Assembly (NCBI GenBank): GCA_964568775.1
Contig: CAZMQW010000004.1
Coordinates: 164 to 64,163 of the forward strand
DNA length: 64,000 nucleotides
Reading direction: 5' to 3'
DNA from: an uncultured Candidatus Saccharibacteria bacterium
GTDB lineage: Bacteria; Patescibacteriota; Minisyncoccia; Minisyncoccales; MHMH01
Shown: positions 1 to 7,707 of the stretch, piece after piece
How the letters are laid out: each line of letters opens with the position of its first letter
How positions within the stretch are numbered: the first letter of the stretch is position 1
Position numbers and translations under genes: made by a program
The notes under the pieces: model-generated
Database searches by the model: none
Told to the model about the DNA's origin: nothing
Seen by the model: only the letters and a program-made list of their open reading frames with translations

Positions 1-266
1 ATATTTCTAGTTTGATTTTGCTTGAAAAAACAAAAAGTAAACTGATAGAAAATGGCTGGCGGATAATTAATATTGATACTACCGTTGTGACCGAAGAACC
101 CAGATTAGAAAGCTTTATTAATCCTATCCGGAAACGGCTTAGTCAAGCTCTTAATATTAAAATTGACTGCATGAGCGTGAAGGCAAGCACTGCGAACCGG
201 TTAGGTTTTATTGGTCAAAAAAAGGGAGTAGAGGTTTATGCAGTAGCTTTAATTGAAACTCTTTAA
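1..266 (+). CDS. ispF: 2-C-methyl-D-erythritol 2,4-cyclodiphosphate synthase, C-terminal part (5' end outside window)
   Basis: ORF 12..266 is open to the window edge. Translation IINIDTTVVTEEPRL...KASTANRLGFIGQKKGVEVYAVALI matches the IspF C-terminus as I know it. Confidence 0.8.
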   Translation, partial: ISSLILLEKTKSKLIENGWRIINIDTTVVTEEPRLESFINPIRKRLSQALNIKIDCMSVKASTANRLGFIGQKKGVEVYAVALIETL

Positions 267-297
267 CTTAGAAAAGTATAACCATATTAATTAAAAG

Positions 298-325
298 AGG
301 CGGTATCCCAATCCGCCCTTTTTAT
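298..325 (+). terminator. weak intrinsic terminator after ispF
   Basis: GGCGG (299-303) pairs with CCGCC (313-317) around a 9-nt loop, followed by a T-run at 319-323. Confidence 0.45.
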
Positions 326-347
326 TTAATTAAGGCTGAGCCTCAGC

Positions 348-384
348 AAATCGCCAACCAGGCGGTTTTTTGGTAGAATAGAGT
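348..384 (+). promoter_or_regulatory. hairpin + T6 + extended -10 (TGGTAGAAT) module, copy 1
   Basis: aaatCGCCaaccaGGCGgTTTTTTGGTAGAATagagt. TAGAAT is at 374-379 and the pcm ATG at 387, 7 nt later. Near-identical copies lie at 13488-13524 and 35443-35473. Confidence 0.5.
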
Positions 385-386
385 TG

Positions 387-986
387 ATGGAATTAGTTGA
401 TTCTTTAATAAAAGACGGCTGGCTGAAAACGCCCAGGATTATTGGAGCTTTCCGGAAGGTAAAAAGAATAGATTTTTTGCCCCAAGACATTAAGGATTTA
501 GCTGAATTGAACGAAGCTTTGCCGATTGGCTACGGTCAGACCATTTCCCAACCCTTAATAGTTGCTTTTATGCTGGAACAGTTGCAGCCCCAGCCCGGCG
601 ATAAGATATTAGATATTGGTGCCGGTTCCGGTTGGACCACAGCTCTACTGGCTGAGATAGTGGGGAATAGGGGAAAGGTTGTGGCTATTGAGCTCGTCCC
701 CGAGCTGAAAGCATTCAGCCAAAAAAATGTAAAGCATAAGAACGTGCAATTCATTTGCGCTGACGGCGCCAAGGGTTATAAGAAAGAAGCGCCTTTTGAC
801 AAAATTCTGGCTTCGGCCGCAGTACAAGAGAAGGTGCCTGTAGAATGGAAAAAACAATTAAAAACAGGCGGCCGGATAGTCACCCCGATCGGCTCCTCCG
901 TCTGGCTTTTCATTAAGAAATCGGCCGACGAGTTTGTTGAAAAAGAATTTCCCGGCTTTGCTTTCGTGCCTTTGATAGAAACATGA
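387..986 (+). CDS. pcm: protein-L-isoaspartate O-methyltransferase
   Basis: GYGQTISQPLIVAFMLEQL and the SAM-binding motif DIGAGSGWTTALLAEIVG. I prefer the ATG at 387 over the TTG at 384. Confidence 0.85.
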   Translation: MELVDSLIKDGWLKTPRIIGAFRKVKRIDFLPQDIKDLAELNEALPIGYGQTISQPLIVAFMLEQLQPQPGDKILDIGAGSGWTTALLAEIVGNRGKVVAIELVPELKAFSQKNVKHKNVQFICADGAKGYKKEAPFDKILASAAVQEKVPVEWKKQLKTGGRIVTPIGSSVWLFIKKSADEFVEKEFPGFAFVPLIET

Positions 987-1918
987 AAAAATTCATCCCA
1001 ATCATAATTATTGTTTGCCTTTTTATAGTTTTCGTGCCCAAAAATCCTTTTGCCGACGAAGAGATGCTTTTTCCTGTTGAAAAAGGGGAAAGCTCCAAGG
1101 AGATTGCTCTTAATCTAGAAGCAGACGGTTTGATCTGGTGGGGACCTCTTTTCCGAGTTTATGTTTTATTGACCGGCCAGGCCGGAGATTTGCAGGCTGG
1201 CACGTACCGGTTCTCTTCCTCAAACAGTCTTTTTAGCCTGGTTAGAGATATGGCTAATGGCGACATTGCCCAGGAAGAATTCACTATTATTGAGGGCTGG
1301 AATTTAAGGGATATCGGTTTTTATCTTGAAAACAAGGGTATGGCCCGAGCCGAGGAACTCTGGGAATTAACCGGCCTTCCTTTAGATACGCAATCCCGGG
1401 AAGGCTATTTGTTCCCTGATACTTATCTGGTCAGGCACAACGCTTCTCTAACAGAAATCCTTGCTAAGATGCAGGCCAATTTTGATAAAAAAACAGCCTC
1501 GTTGCTGGTAGAAATTGAAAAACAGGGCAAAACGCTTTCTGAAATCATCACCATGGCTTCTCTGATCGAGAAGGAAGTCAGAACAAAGGAAGACAAGGAA
1601 ACAGTTTCTGGTATTTTTTGGAAAAGGATTGCTGCTGGCAGGCCTTTGGAAAGCTGTGCCACCATTGCTTACATTAAAGGAGTCAGCCAGTGGCGCTATT
1701 CGTTTGAAGATACCAGAATTGAATCTTCCTACAACACTTATTTGAACTACGGCTTGCCGGCCGGCCCGATCTGCAATCCCGGCTTAGAAAGCATTGAGGC
1801 CGCCTTACACCCCAGAGAGAGCGATTATTGGTACTGGCTTTCCACTCCCGAGGGCGAAACTATTTTCACCAAAACACTGTCTGAGCACAATGCGGCCAAG
1901 GCGGAATACCTGAAATAA
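983..1918 (+). CDS. mltG: endolytic murein transglycosylase MltG/YceG family
   Basis: N-terminal TM segment, EGYLFPDTY motif, and a C-terminal SxYNTYxxxGLPxGPICNPG-like stretch. Overlaps the pcm stop as ATGA. Confidence 0.85.
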   Translation: MKKFIPIIIIVCLFIVFVPKNPFADEEMLFPVEKGESSKEIALNLEADGLIWWGPLFRVYVLLTGQAGDLQAGTYRFSSSNSLFSLVRDMANGDIAQEEFTIIEGWNLRDIGFYLENKGMARAEELWELTGLPLDTQSREGYLFPDTYLVRHNASLTEILAKMQANFDKKTASLLVEIEKQGKTLSEIITMASLIEKEVRTKEDKETVSGIFWKRIAAGRPLESCATIAYIKGVSQWRYSFEDTRIESSYNTYLNYGLPAGPICNPGLESIEAALHPRESDYWYWLSTPEGETIFTKTLSEHNAAKAEYLK

Positions 1919-1929
1919 GTCTAAAACTG

Positions 1930-1957
1930 TTGACAAAATCAGTGATTCGATTATAAT
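1930..1957 (+). promoter_or_regulatory. sigma70-type promoter of an orphan transcription unit
   Basis: TTGACA (1930-1935), 16-nt spacer, TATAAT (1952-1957). Confidence 0.55.
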
Positions 1958-1963
1958 GGGTGC

Positions 1964-2032
1964 ATGAAAGGAGGTGATGATCCTATGAGAGCGTTCTTGT
2001 CGGCAACATTAGGATCCGTTAAGTTCTTTTAA
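1964..2032 (+). CDS. possible mini-ORF, 22 aa from ATG 1964 (leaderless position) or 15 aa from ATG 1985 (SD AAGGAGGTG)
   Basis: MKGGDDPMRAFLSATLGSVKFF. ATG 1964 lies 6 nt after the -10 box. The in-frame ATG 1985 lies 7 nt after AAGGAGGTG. A second SD-led 4-codon ORF (MTWT) starts at 2103. Confidence 0.2.
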   Translation: MKGGDDPMRAFLSATLGSVKFF

Positions 2033-2173
2033 CCGGCCGGCGGCGCCCTGGACATCTGCCCAGATGCCTGTATTCCTTTTTCCCGAAAGATAAGGAGGCA
2101 TTATGACTTGGACCTGATAGTTATGATTTAAATAACTTGTTCCTGTCAAGCAATCCGTGAATTTATTACATAA

Positions 2174-2212
2174 GAGGGGTTTCCACCGTATTGATGGAGC
2201 CCCTCGTTTTTA
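2174..2212 (+). terminator. intrinsic terminator ending the orphan unit
   Basis: GAGGGG (2174-2179) pairs with CCCCTC (2200-2205), with an inner TCCA/TGGA pairing, followed by TTTTT. Confidence 0.65.
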
Positions 2213-2303
2213 TTGTTTCGGTTAACCATTACTTGACTTTTTTGTCAATTATGGTAAAGTTTATAATCGTCAATTCAGCATCTTTATAAAGGAGGTTATA
2301 ATA

Positions 2304-2972
2304 ATGATAATCCAGGAAAGAGTACAGGAACTGCTTGATTTTGAGGAGGTTTACGATAAGTGGTCGAATTTAGTCGTTTACACCGACCTACTCGCCGAAC
2401 CAGCAAAACTGACGGCCTTGAAACAGATGTTAATACCGAGCAATGCCTTGAAGCCGTTTATTGATGAAAGGTTCGAATGGCAAGTCGCAGAAGCAACGAA
2501 GCGCAAGAAACATGAAAGAGCGATCGCTTTTGTCCACGAAACTCTCAGAAAAATAGAAAGTTTTTTCAGCGACGACGACGCCAATATGAAGACGGCCCGC
2601 ATCCTGCTTTATGGCAAACTGGGAGTTATTTATGAAAAATGGGCCACTCTCGGTAAGCTAGCTGATTATTCGTTTGAGGACGAGGAGCGTCGTTTGAACT
2701 ATCTGTGCGCGGCCCGCTGGTATATGTTAGCTAACCTGGAACTCGGCTATATCAGCGACTACGGGCTGCAGGTAGTAGTTTGTTTCGCTAATGCGCAGTG
2801 TCCCGATTTACGGCTGGCAGCCACAAGAAAGATTTTCGGGGACAGAGAGGTATTCATGGTGGAAGACGCCTTATTGTTTCAAGATCTAGTCAGAAGAACA
2901 AAAAAAGCAGTTAAGTCAGGAAACGGTATAATTCAAATTTTCTGCGATTTACCCAATCCGACGAATAACTAA
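2304..2972 (+). CDS. hypothetical protein (222 aa)
   Basis: Clean ORF with a strong SD (aaaGGAGGttataataATG), its own promoter region at 2233-2267 and its own terminator. I recognise no family. Confidence 0.6.
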   Translation: MIIQERVQELLDFEEVYDKWSNLVVYTDLLAEPAKLTALKQMLIPSNALKPFIDERFEWQVAEATKRKKHERAIAFVHETLRKIESFFSDDDANMKTARILLYGKLGVIYEKWATLGKLADYSFEDEERRLNYLCAARWYMLANLELGYISDYGLQVVVCFANAQCPDLRLAATRKIFGDREVFMVEDALLFQDLVRRTKKAVKSGNGIIQIFCDLPNPTNN

Positions 2973-2977
2973 AAAAG

Positions 2978-3009
2978 GCTCATCACCCGTTTGGATGATG
3001 AGCTTTTTA
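2978..3009 (+). terminator. intrinsic terminator
   Basis: GCTCATCA (2978-2985) pairs with TGATGAGC (2996-3003), followed by TTTTT. Confidence 0.7.
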
Positions 3010-3025
3010 TTTATGTTATGATAAA

Positions 3026-3586
3026 ATGGAATATATGGCAGAAAAATCTTTAAAAGGCAAAAAAATAGCCGTAATTATCGCTTTTCGCGAGTTCCGGGAC
3101 ATAGAATATTTTATTCCCCGTAATATTTTGGCTGGCGCGGGAGCCCAGATTGTAACTTGCAGTTCTCAAAAAGGGATCGCTGTCGGTGCTGACGGGGGAG
3201 AGGCGCAGGTGAATTTGATTGTTCAAGAAATTAAAGTTGAAGATTATGACGCTTTGGTTTTTATCGGTGGGGCCGGCATGGTCAAGAATTTGGATAATCC
3301 TGATTTTCAAAGAATTGCCAGGGAAGCAGTTGAAAAAGGCAAGATTTTGGGAGCCATTTGCATTGCCCCGGCCTTACTAGCCAAAGCAGGTGTTTTAGCT
3401 GGCAAAAATGCGACTGTTTGGTCTAATCCTTTGGATAAATCAGCCGTTAAAATACTAAAAGAAGAAGGAGCTAAATATGTGGCCGAAGACATAGTAATTG
3501 ATGGCAGAATTATTACTGCCAGCGGTCCGCCCGTTGCCCGGCAATTCGGCGAAAGTATTGTCAACCTCTTGACAAAGGAATCATAG
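3026..3586 (+). CDS. DJ-1/PfpI family protein
   Basis: KKIAVIIA..., DALVFIGGAG, nucleophile-elbow-like GAICIAPALLAKAGVL, and a typical length of 186 aa. Confidence 0.8.
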   Translation: MEYMAEKSLKGKKIAVIIAFREFRDIEYFIPRNILAGAGAQIVTCSSQKGIAVGADGGEAQVNLIVQEIKVEDYDALVFIGGAGMVKNLDNPDFQRIAREAVEKGKILGAICIAPALLAKAGVLAGKNATVWSNPLDKSAVKILKEEGAKYVAEDIVIDGRIITASGPPVARQFGESIVNLLTKES

Positions 3587-3596
3587 ATGATAATAT
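3569..3596 (+). promoter_or_regulatory. rplJL promoter
   Basis: TTGACA (3569-3574), 16-nt spacer, TAATAT (3591-3596). It lies within the 3' end of the upstream CDS. Confidence 0.5.
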
Positions 3597-3602
3597 TAAT
3601 AT

Positions 3603-3702
3603 ATCCACAGACAGCAGGCAATTTATAAGTCCTGCCGAGGATAAAATAATCGAGATTGAATCTCTTTGTTTGTCTGTGGATCAACCACAGATTTTTAATT
3701 AT
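3603..3702 (+). promoter_or_regulatory. structured 5' leader of rplJ (L10-leader-like autoregulatory element)
   Basis: An 11-bp closing stem (ATCCACAGACA 3603-3613 with TGTCTGTGGAT 3671-3681) encloses two hairpins (GCAGG/CCTGC and GAGAT/ATCTC). Its position directly upstream of rplJ fits the known L10 leader. Confidence 0.5.
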
Positions 3703-4215
3703 ATGGCTTTAACCAAGACTCAAAAACAAAAAATCATTAGCGATTTAAAGGACAAGGTCGCCAGACAAAAAGCGATTGTTTTTGCTGATTTCCAGGGGTT
3801 GAAAGTGAAAGATTTGACTCAGCTGAGAAAGGAAATGAAAAAGAACGAAGGCGAGTTGAAAGTGGCCAAAAAGACTCTGATTTCAAAGGTTTTTCAAGAA
3901 AAGAAGATTAATTTAGATCTAAAGAAATTGAGCGGTGAAATAGTCCTGGGTTTTGGTTATCAGGATGAGGTTTTGCCTTTCAAAACCATTTATAATTTTT
4001 CCCGTGATCACGAAAATTTGAAGATTCTCGGCGGTTTAATCGGCGGAGAGCTGGTTGAACAGGAAAAAGCCGTTCTCTTGGGCCAATTGCCGGCCAAAGA
4101 GGAATTGCTAGCCAGGTTAATTGGCAGTATTTCCGCTCCGCTGTCGGGTATCGTTAACGTTTTACAAGGCAATATTAAAGGTCTAGTTTACGCTTTAAGC
4201 GCAATTAAAAAATAA
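3703..4215 (+). CDS. rplJ: 50S ribosomal protein L10
   Basis: [18 protein letters not shown]...[23 protein letters not shown] chose the ATG at 3703 because the upstream part of ORF 3670 overlaps the leader stem. Confidence 0.9.
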   Translation: MALTKTQKQKIISDLKDKVARQKAIVFADFQGLKVKDLTQLRKEMKKNEGELKVAKKTLISKVFQEKKINLDLKKLSGEIVLGFGYQDEVLPFKTIYNFSRDHENLKILGGLIGGELVEQEKAVLLGQLPAKEELLARLIGSISAPLSGIVNVLQGNIKGLVYALSAIKK

Positions 4216-4220
4216 AATTT

Positions 4221-4634
4221 ATGGTCGAGAAAAAAGAACCTGTTAAGGTTCCGGAAAAATTCAGCAAGTTAGTGGAAGAAATTGAGAAGCTCTCGGTTTT
4301 AGAGTTGGCTGATTTGGTCAAGGTTCTGGAAGAGAAGTTCGGCGTTTCGGCTCAAGCTCCGGCGGCTGCCGTCCCAGCTGCGGCCGGAACAGCTACTCCA
4401 GAGGCTGAAGAAAAGTCAGTTTTCAATATTGAGCTGAAAACAGTCGGAGGCAACAAGATAGAAGTGATTAAAGCAGTCAGAGACGCAACCGGCAAGGGCT
4501 TGAAAGAAGCCAAAGACCTGGTTGATGCGGCCGCTACCTCTCCTCAGATGGTCAAAGAAAATGTCAAGAAGGAAGAGGCCGAAGAGCTCAAGAAAAAGTT
4601 TGAAGCAGCCGGCGCCAAGGTAGAGCTGAAGTAA
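4221..4634 (+). CDS. rplL: 50S ribosomal protein L7/L12
   Basis: An Ala/Pro hinge followed by [24 protein letters not shown]...[20 protein letters not shown]. Confidence 0.95.
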   Translation: MVEKKEPVKVPEKFSKLVEEIEKLSVLELADLVKVLEEKFGVSAQAPAAAVPAAAGTATPEAEEKSVFNIELKTVGGNKIEVIKAVRDATGKGLKEAKDLVDAAATSPQMVKENVKKEEAEELKKKFEAAGAKVELK

Positions 4635-5822
4635 TTATTCCAAATATTCTTCCAACAGCTTTTTAATATCCAAAGCCTCGTCTCTCAGAGGTTCTCCAAT
4701 TTTGGTTAAAGGCTGGATTATGTCCCAGGCTTCCTGAAAAAGGGCCTGGGCTTTTTCTTCTTCGTTGAGAATCAGCATATTCTCGGCCATGGTCAGTTTC
4801 GATTGGGCCTGCTCTATTTTCTGCTGAGCTTCCTGCATTTCTATTTCTCTTTCGCCCTGGAAAAAGATAAAGAAGGCAATTAAAACTAGAATCAGGGCTA
4901 AAATCAAAATAAAGTTCTTTTTGGGCACAGCCATTTTTATCCGGGACAGCTTCAGACTTAGTTTTAAGTTTTTAAATTTCAGGCTGGGCAGGTTTATCTC
5001 GGGCAGTTTAAATTTAGGCATTTTGAATTCGGGCAGTTTTAAAGAAGGTAGTTTGAAGGAAGGTATTAATTTTGCGATCGGCCTGATAAAGGTTTTTTTA
5101 AAAGAAAAGGGCGGAGCTTCCTGGCGGAAAGTTAATAGCTGTTTAGTTTTGGGATCATCGTTAACCAGCAAAAAAAGGCAGGCTCCCGACACTTCGTTCA
5201 GGATTTGCTTTTTCTTTTTTATTATTTCTTTCAATTCTTTAGCATTGGCCACTTGTTTTAATTGCTTCAAAAAGCCTTTATCCTTGGTCAGAACGGAAAA
5301 AATTTCTTTATTCAGGACGATAACTTTATCGTTTTGGGCTAGTTTGCCAGCAGCAATGCTGCCAAAAACCTTGAGGGGATGGTTGGTTGACTCCCGGGAT
5401 TCCAAGTTCTGGCTGATATCCGAGAGCTCATTGTTTCTAACCAGTAGTATTTTCATCTGGCCTATTTTTGTAAAGTTTAAAGTAAAATTACTCAAACTCA
5501 AAACGCTGAAATTCAGATTGCCCAGCCAGTCAACATTGCCTTTTTGGATTTCCGCTTCCAAAAATTCATTTGCTTTCTTCAAACAGTCCCGCAAGCTCTG
5601 ACTGCAGGATTTTCTGAGTCCGGCACTGTAGTATTCTTTATGGATGATAGAAACCAGATTGTTCAGCAAGCGGGCGTTCTGGGGCAAAATCTGCTTCAGC
5701 TCGCCGCTCATGTATAAATTGCCCAGCTTTTTTTCGTAGATGCTGGCTGGTTCGTAGCTGAAAGTGCCGATGGCTCTATCTTCTTTGTTTTTAGGGATGA
5801 ATTGTAGTTCAAAAACCTGCAT
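4635..5822 (-). CDS. hypothetical single-pass membrane protein with a (x-K-L-P-x) pentapeptide repeat tract
   Basis: 395-aa ORF: N-terminal globular part, repeat tract, TM segment FILILALILVLIAFFIFF, and a C-terminal coiled-coil-like tail. I recognise no family with confidence. Confidence 0.6.
   Translation of the reverse strand: MQVFELQFIPKNKEDRAIGTFSYEPASIYEKKLGNLYMSGELKQILPQNARLLNNLVSIIHKEYYSAGLRKSCSQSLRDCLKKANEFLEAEIQKGNVDWLGNLNFSVLSLSNFTLNFTKIGQMKILLVRNNELSDISQNLESRESTNHPLKVFGSIAAGKLAQNDKVIVLNKEIFSVLTKDKGFLKQLKQVANAKELKEIIKKKKQILNEVSGACLFLLVNDDPKTKQLLTFRQEAPPFSFKKTFIRPIAKLIPSFKLPSLKLPEFKMPKFKLPEINLPSLKFKNLKLSLKLSRIKMAVPKKNFILILALILVLIAFFIFFQGEREIEMQEAQQKIEQAQSKLTMAENMLILNEEEKAQALFQEAWDIIQPLTKIGEPLRDEALDIKKLLEEYLE
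4944..5072 (-). repeat. in-frame tandem 15-nt repeats encoding KLIPS FKLPS LKLPE FKMPK FKLPE INLPS LKFKN LKLSL KLS
   Basis: Read directly from the translation and the periodic DNA (tttaaatttcaggc / tttaaatttaggc / tttgaattcgggc ...). Confidence 0.7.
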
Positions 5823-5851
5823 ATTTTTCTATTATAAAATTTATTGATTCT

Positions 5852-6415
5852 TTATTCCGTTCTTTTGGCATATTGTTCAGTTTGGGTATTGAGCTCGATG
5901 ATGTCGCCTTCCTTAATAAACAGGGGCGCGTTCACCTTGGCGCCGGTCTCCAAGGTGACGATTTTCGTGCCGCCCTGCGCCCGATCGCCCTTGATGCCGG
6001 GTGGAGCTTCAATCACTTTTAACTGGATTTTAATCGGCAAAGAAATATTGATTATTTTTTTATCAAATATCAAAGCTTCAACAATTAAGTTCGGTTTTAG
6101 AAATTTAACCTGAGTCCCTATTTGCTCTAAGCTTAAATCAAACCTTTTTGAAGGAGTTTTTTCTTCGCAGAAAAAATAGCGCTCCCGGTGGGAATAAAGG
6201 AATTTCGCCTTAAGGTTTATTAGTTCGGCTTCTTCAAAAGTTTCGCCCTGGTGGAAATTCCTGTCAAAGACATTGCCGGTTATCAGATTCTTTATCTTGC
6301 TTTGGATGACCGGCCTTCTTTGGGCTTTTTTCATCGGGCTTGCTTCCAGCACTTCGTAAGGTTCTTTGTCCAGAATAATCCTGACGCCTTTTTTTAAATC
6401 AGTGTGGGTTAGCAT
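5852..6415 (-). CDS. efp: elongation factor P
   Basis: MLTHTDLKKGVRIILDKEPYEVLEAS... and the three-domain length. I prefer the start at 6415, which makes the N-terminal 7 aa of the track ORF unlikely. Confidence 0.9.
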   Translation of the reverse strand: MLTHTDLKKGVRIILDKEPYEVLEASPMKKAQRRPVIQSKIKNLITGNVFDRNFHQGETFEEAELINLKAKFLYSHRERYFFCEEKTPSKRFDLSLEQIGTQVKFLKPNLIVEALIFDKKIINISLPIKIQLKVIEAPPGIKGDRAQGGTKIVTLETGAKVNAPLFIKEGDIIELNTQTEQYAKRTE

Positions 6416-6417
6416 AA

Positions 6418-6873
6418 TTACTTGACAATGCGCCATTCAATATCTTCTTCTTTCCCGGCAAACTCCAGCCATTCGTCGTACTCGTTGATCACGTACCATT
6501 TCCTTTTAGTTTCCGACCAAACCATGTGATTATTATTGAAATAAGGCTTTTTAACTATTTCTTTCGGTTTCAACCTGTCCAATTCCAGCCATTTCTTGAA
6601 AACGGTCTCAATGGCGTAATCCAAGCCTCTTGAGTTGGCCCACTGAGCCACCTTATCAACAGCCTCTTTGGCTTTTTTGACTGAGCCTGCCAGAGTTAAA
6701 AGCTGTTTGGCCGGCCGGGTGAATCTTGAATAGATAATTTTCTTCTTCTTGGCATCCTTTTTAATCTGTGTCAAAGTCAGCCCTTTACTGTAAAAGTAAT
6801 GGTTGACGATTTCCTGAATGTCGGTTTCTTTCTGGAGCTGTTTTTTTGTTTTCTTTTTCTTTCTTTTATTCAT
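6418..6873 (-). CDS. hypothetical basic protein (151 aa, Lys-rich N-terminus)
   Basis: Clean ORF. MNKRKKKKTKKQLQ... no family recognised. Confidence 0.55.
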   Translation of the reverse strand: MNKRKKKKTKKQLQKETDIQEIVNHYFYSKGLTLTQIKKDAKKKKIIYSRFTRPAKQLLTLAGSVKKAKEAVDKVAQWANSRGLDYAIETVFKKWLELDRLKPKEIVKKPYFNNNHMVWSETKRKWYVINEYDEWLEFAGKEEDIEWRIVK

Positions 6874-6910
6874 ACTTCTGTTTTTATTCTATATTAAATT
6901 TATTTAAATA

Positions 6911-6940
6911 AAAAGGGTTCAGATTTTACTCTGAACCGCT
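6911..6940 (-). terminator. intrinsic terminator (minus strand)
   Basis: GGTTCAGA (6916-6923) pairs with TCTGAACC (6930-6937). The A-run at 6911-6915 on plus gives a T-run on minus. Confidence 0.55.
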
Positions 6941-6962
6941 TTATGGTTTGATTTTAGGTACT

Positions 6963-7133
6963 TTAGGCGTTTAGAAAATATTTCGCCTGTATACCTTTGC
7001 CAGTGTGGCTCTCGGCCATACACTTGGCCCGGTTGTCACGGCATAGCCTGCTCAGGCAAAGGAGCGTTATGGTTTCGTTCAACCCGGCAGCTTGGCCGAT
7101 TTCTTCGCTGTTTTTGCCTTTTCTTTTCCGCAT
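6963..7133 (-). CDS. possible small basic protein (56 aa, below the track cutoff)
   Basis: Hand translation gives MRKRKGKNSEEIGQAAGLNETITLLCLSRLCRDNRAKCMAESHTGKGIQAKYFLNA. It is followed by the terminator at 6911-6940. No SD and no family. Confidence 0.3.
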   Translation of the reverse strand: MRKRKGKNSEEIGQAAGLNETITLLCLSRLCRDNRAKCMAESHTGKGIQAKYFLNA

Positions 7134-7194
7134 TATGATAAAATTGATTTGTCAATGATTTTAACCCAAGTTTTACGGCTGAAGATATTTATAT

Positions 7195-7206
7195 TAAGAT
7201 TAACTT
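7195..7206 (+). promoter_or_regulatory. -10 box TAAGAT placed 6 nt before the thpR ATG (leaderless geometry)
   Basis: tatTAAGATtaacttATG. Confidence 0.4.
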
Positions 7207-7707
7207 ATGAAACACCGCGTTTTTATTGCTATTAATCTGCCCGCAGGCATTAAAAACCAGCTGGTGAATTATCAGGCCAAATGGCCGGAATTGCCGGTGC
7301 GCTGGACCAAAAAAGAGAATCTGCACGTTACTTTTGATTTTCTGGGATATTTGACTGACGAGGAATTGGTGAAAGTTTGCCAAGATACTCAGGGGATGGC
7401 TTTAAAACACCAGTCTTTTTCCGTCACTCTCAATAAGATTTGTTACGGTCCGCCAGACAAAATGCCACCCCGCATGGTCTGGGTTACGGGAGAGAAAATA
7501 AAAGAATTTAACCTGACGCCTCATATTACCTTGGGCAGGATAAAAGCCTGGGAATTCCGGCGTATTGAACCGGACGAAAGGCCTCAGGTTGACGAAGATA
7601 TAAACCTAAACTTTGAAGTTGACTCAATAGAAGTCATGGAAAGTCAATTGAAAAGAGGGGGCTCAACTTACACTATTTTAGAATCATGTCCGCTCAGAAA
7701 AAATTAA
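7207..7707 (+). CDS. thpR: RNA 2',3'-cyclic phosphodiesterase (2H family, LigT/ThpR)
   Basis: Two H-x-T-x motifs (HVTFDFLG and HITLGRI) at the spacing typical of 2H phosphoesterases. Confidence 0.8.
   Translation: MKHRVFIAINLPAGIKNQLVNYQAKWPELPVRWTKKENLHVTFDFLGYLTDEELVKVCQDTQGMALKHQSFSVTLNKICYGPPDKMPPRMVWVTGEKIKEFNLTPHITLGRIKAWEFRRIEPDERPQVDEDINLNFEVDSIEVMESQLKRGGSTYTILESCPLRKN

Noticed and set aside
4921-5601. 226-aa plus-strand track ORF
   Set aside because: It is antisense to the 395-aa minus-strand gene. Its translation is low-complexity (F/S/L-rich) and mirrors the pentapeptide repeat, and it has no start-site signals.
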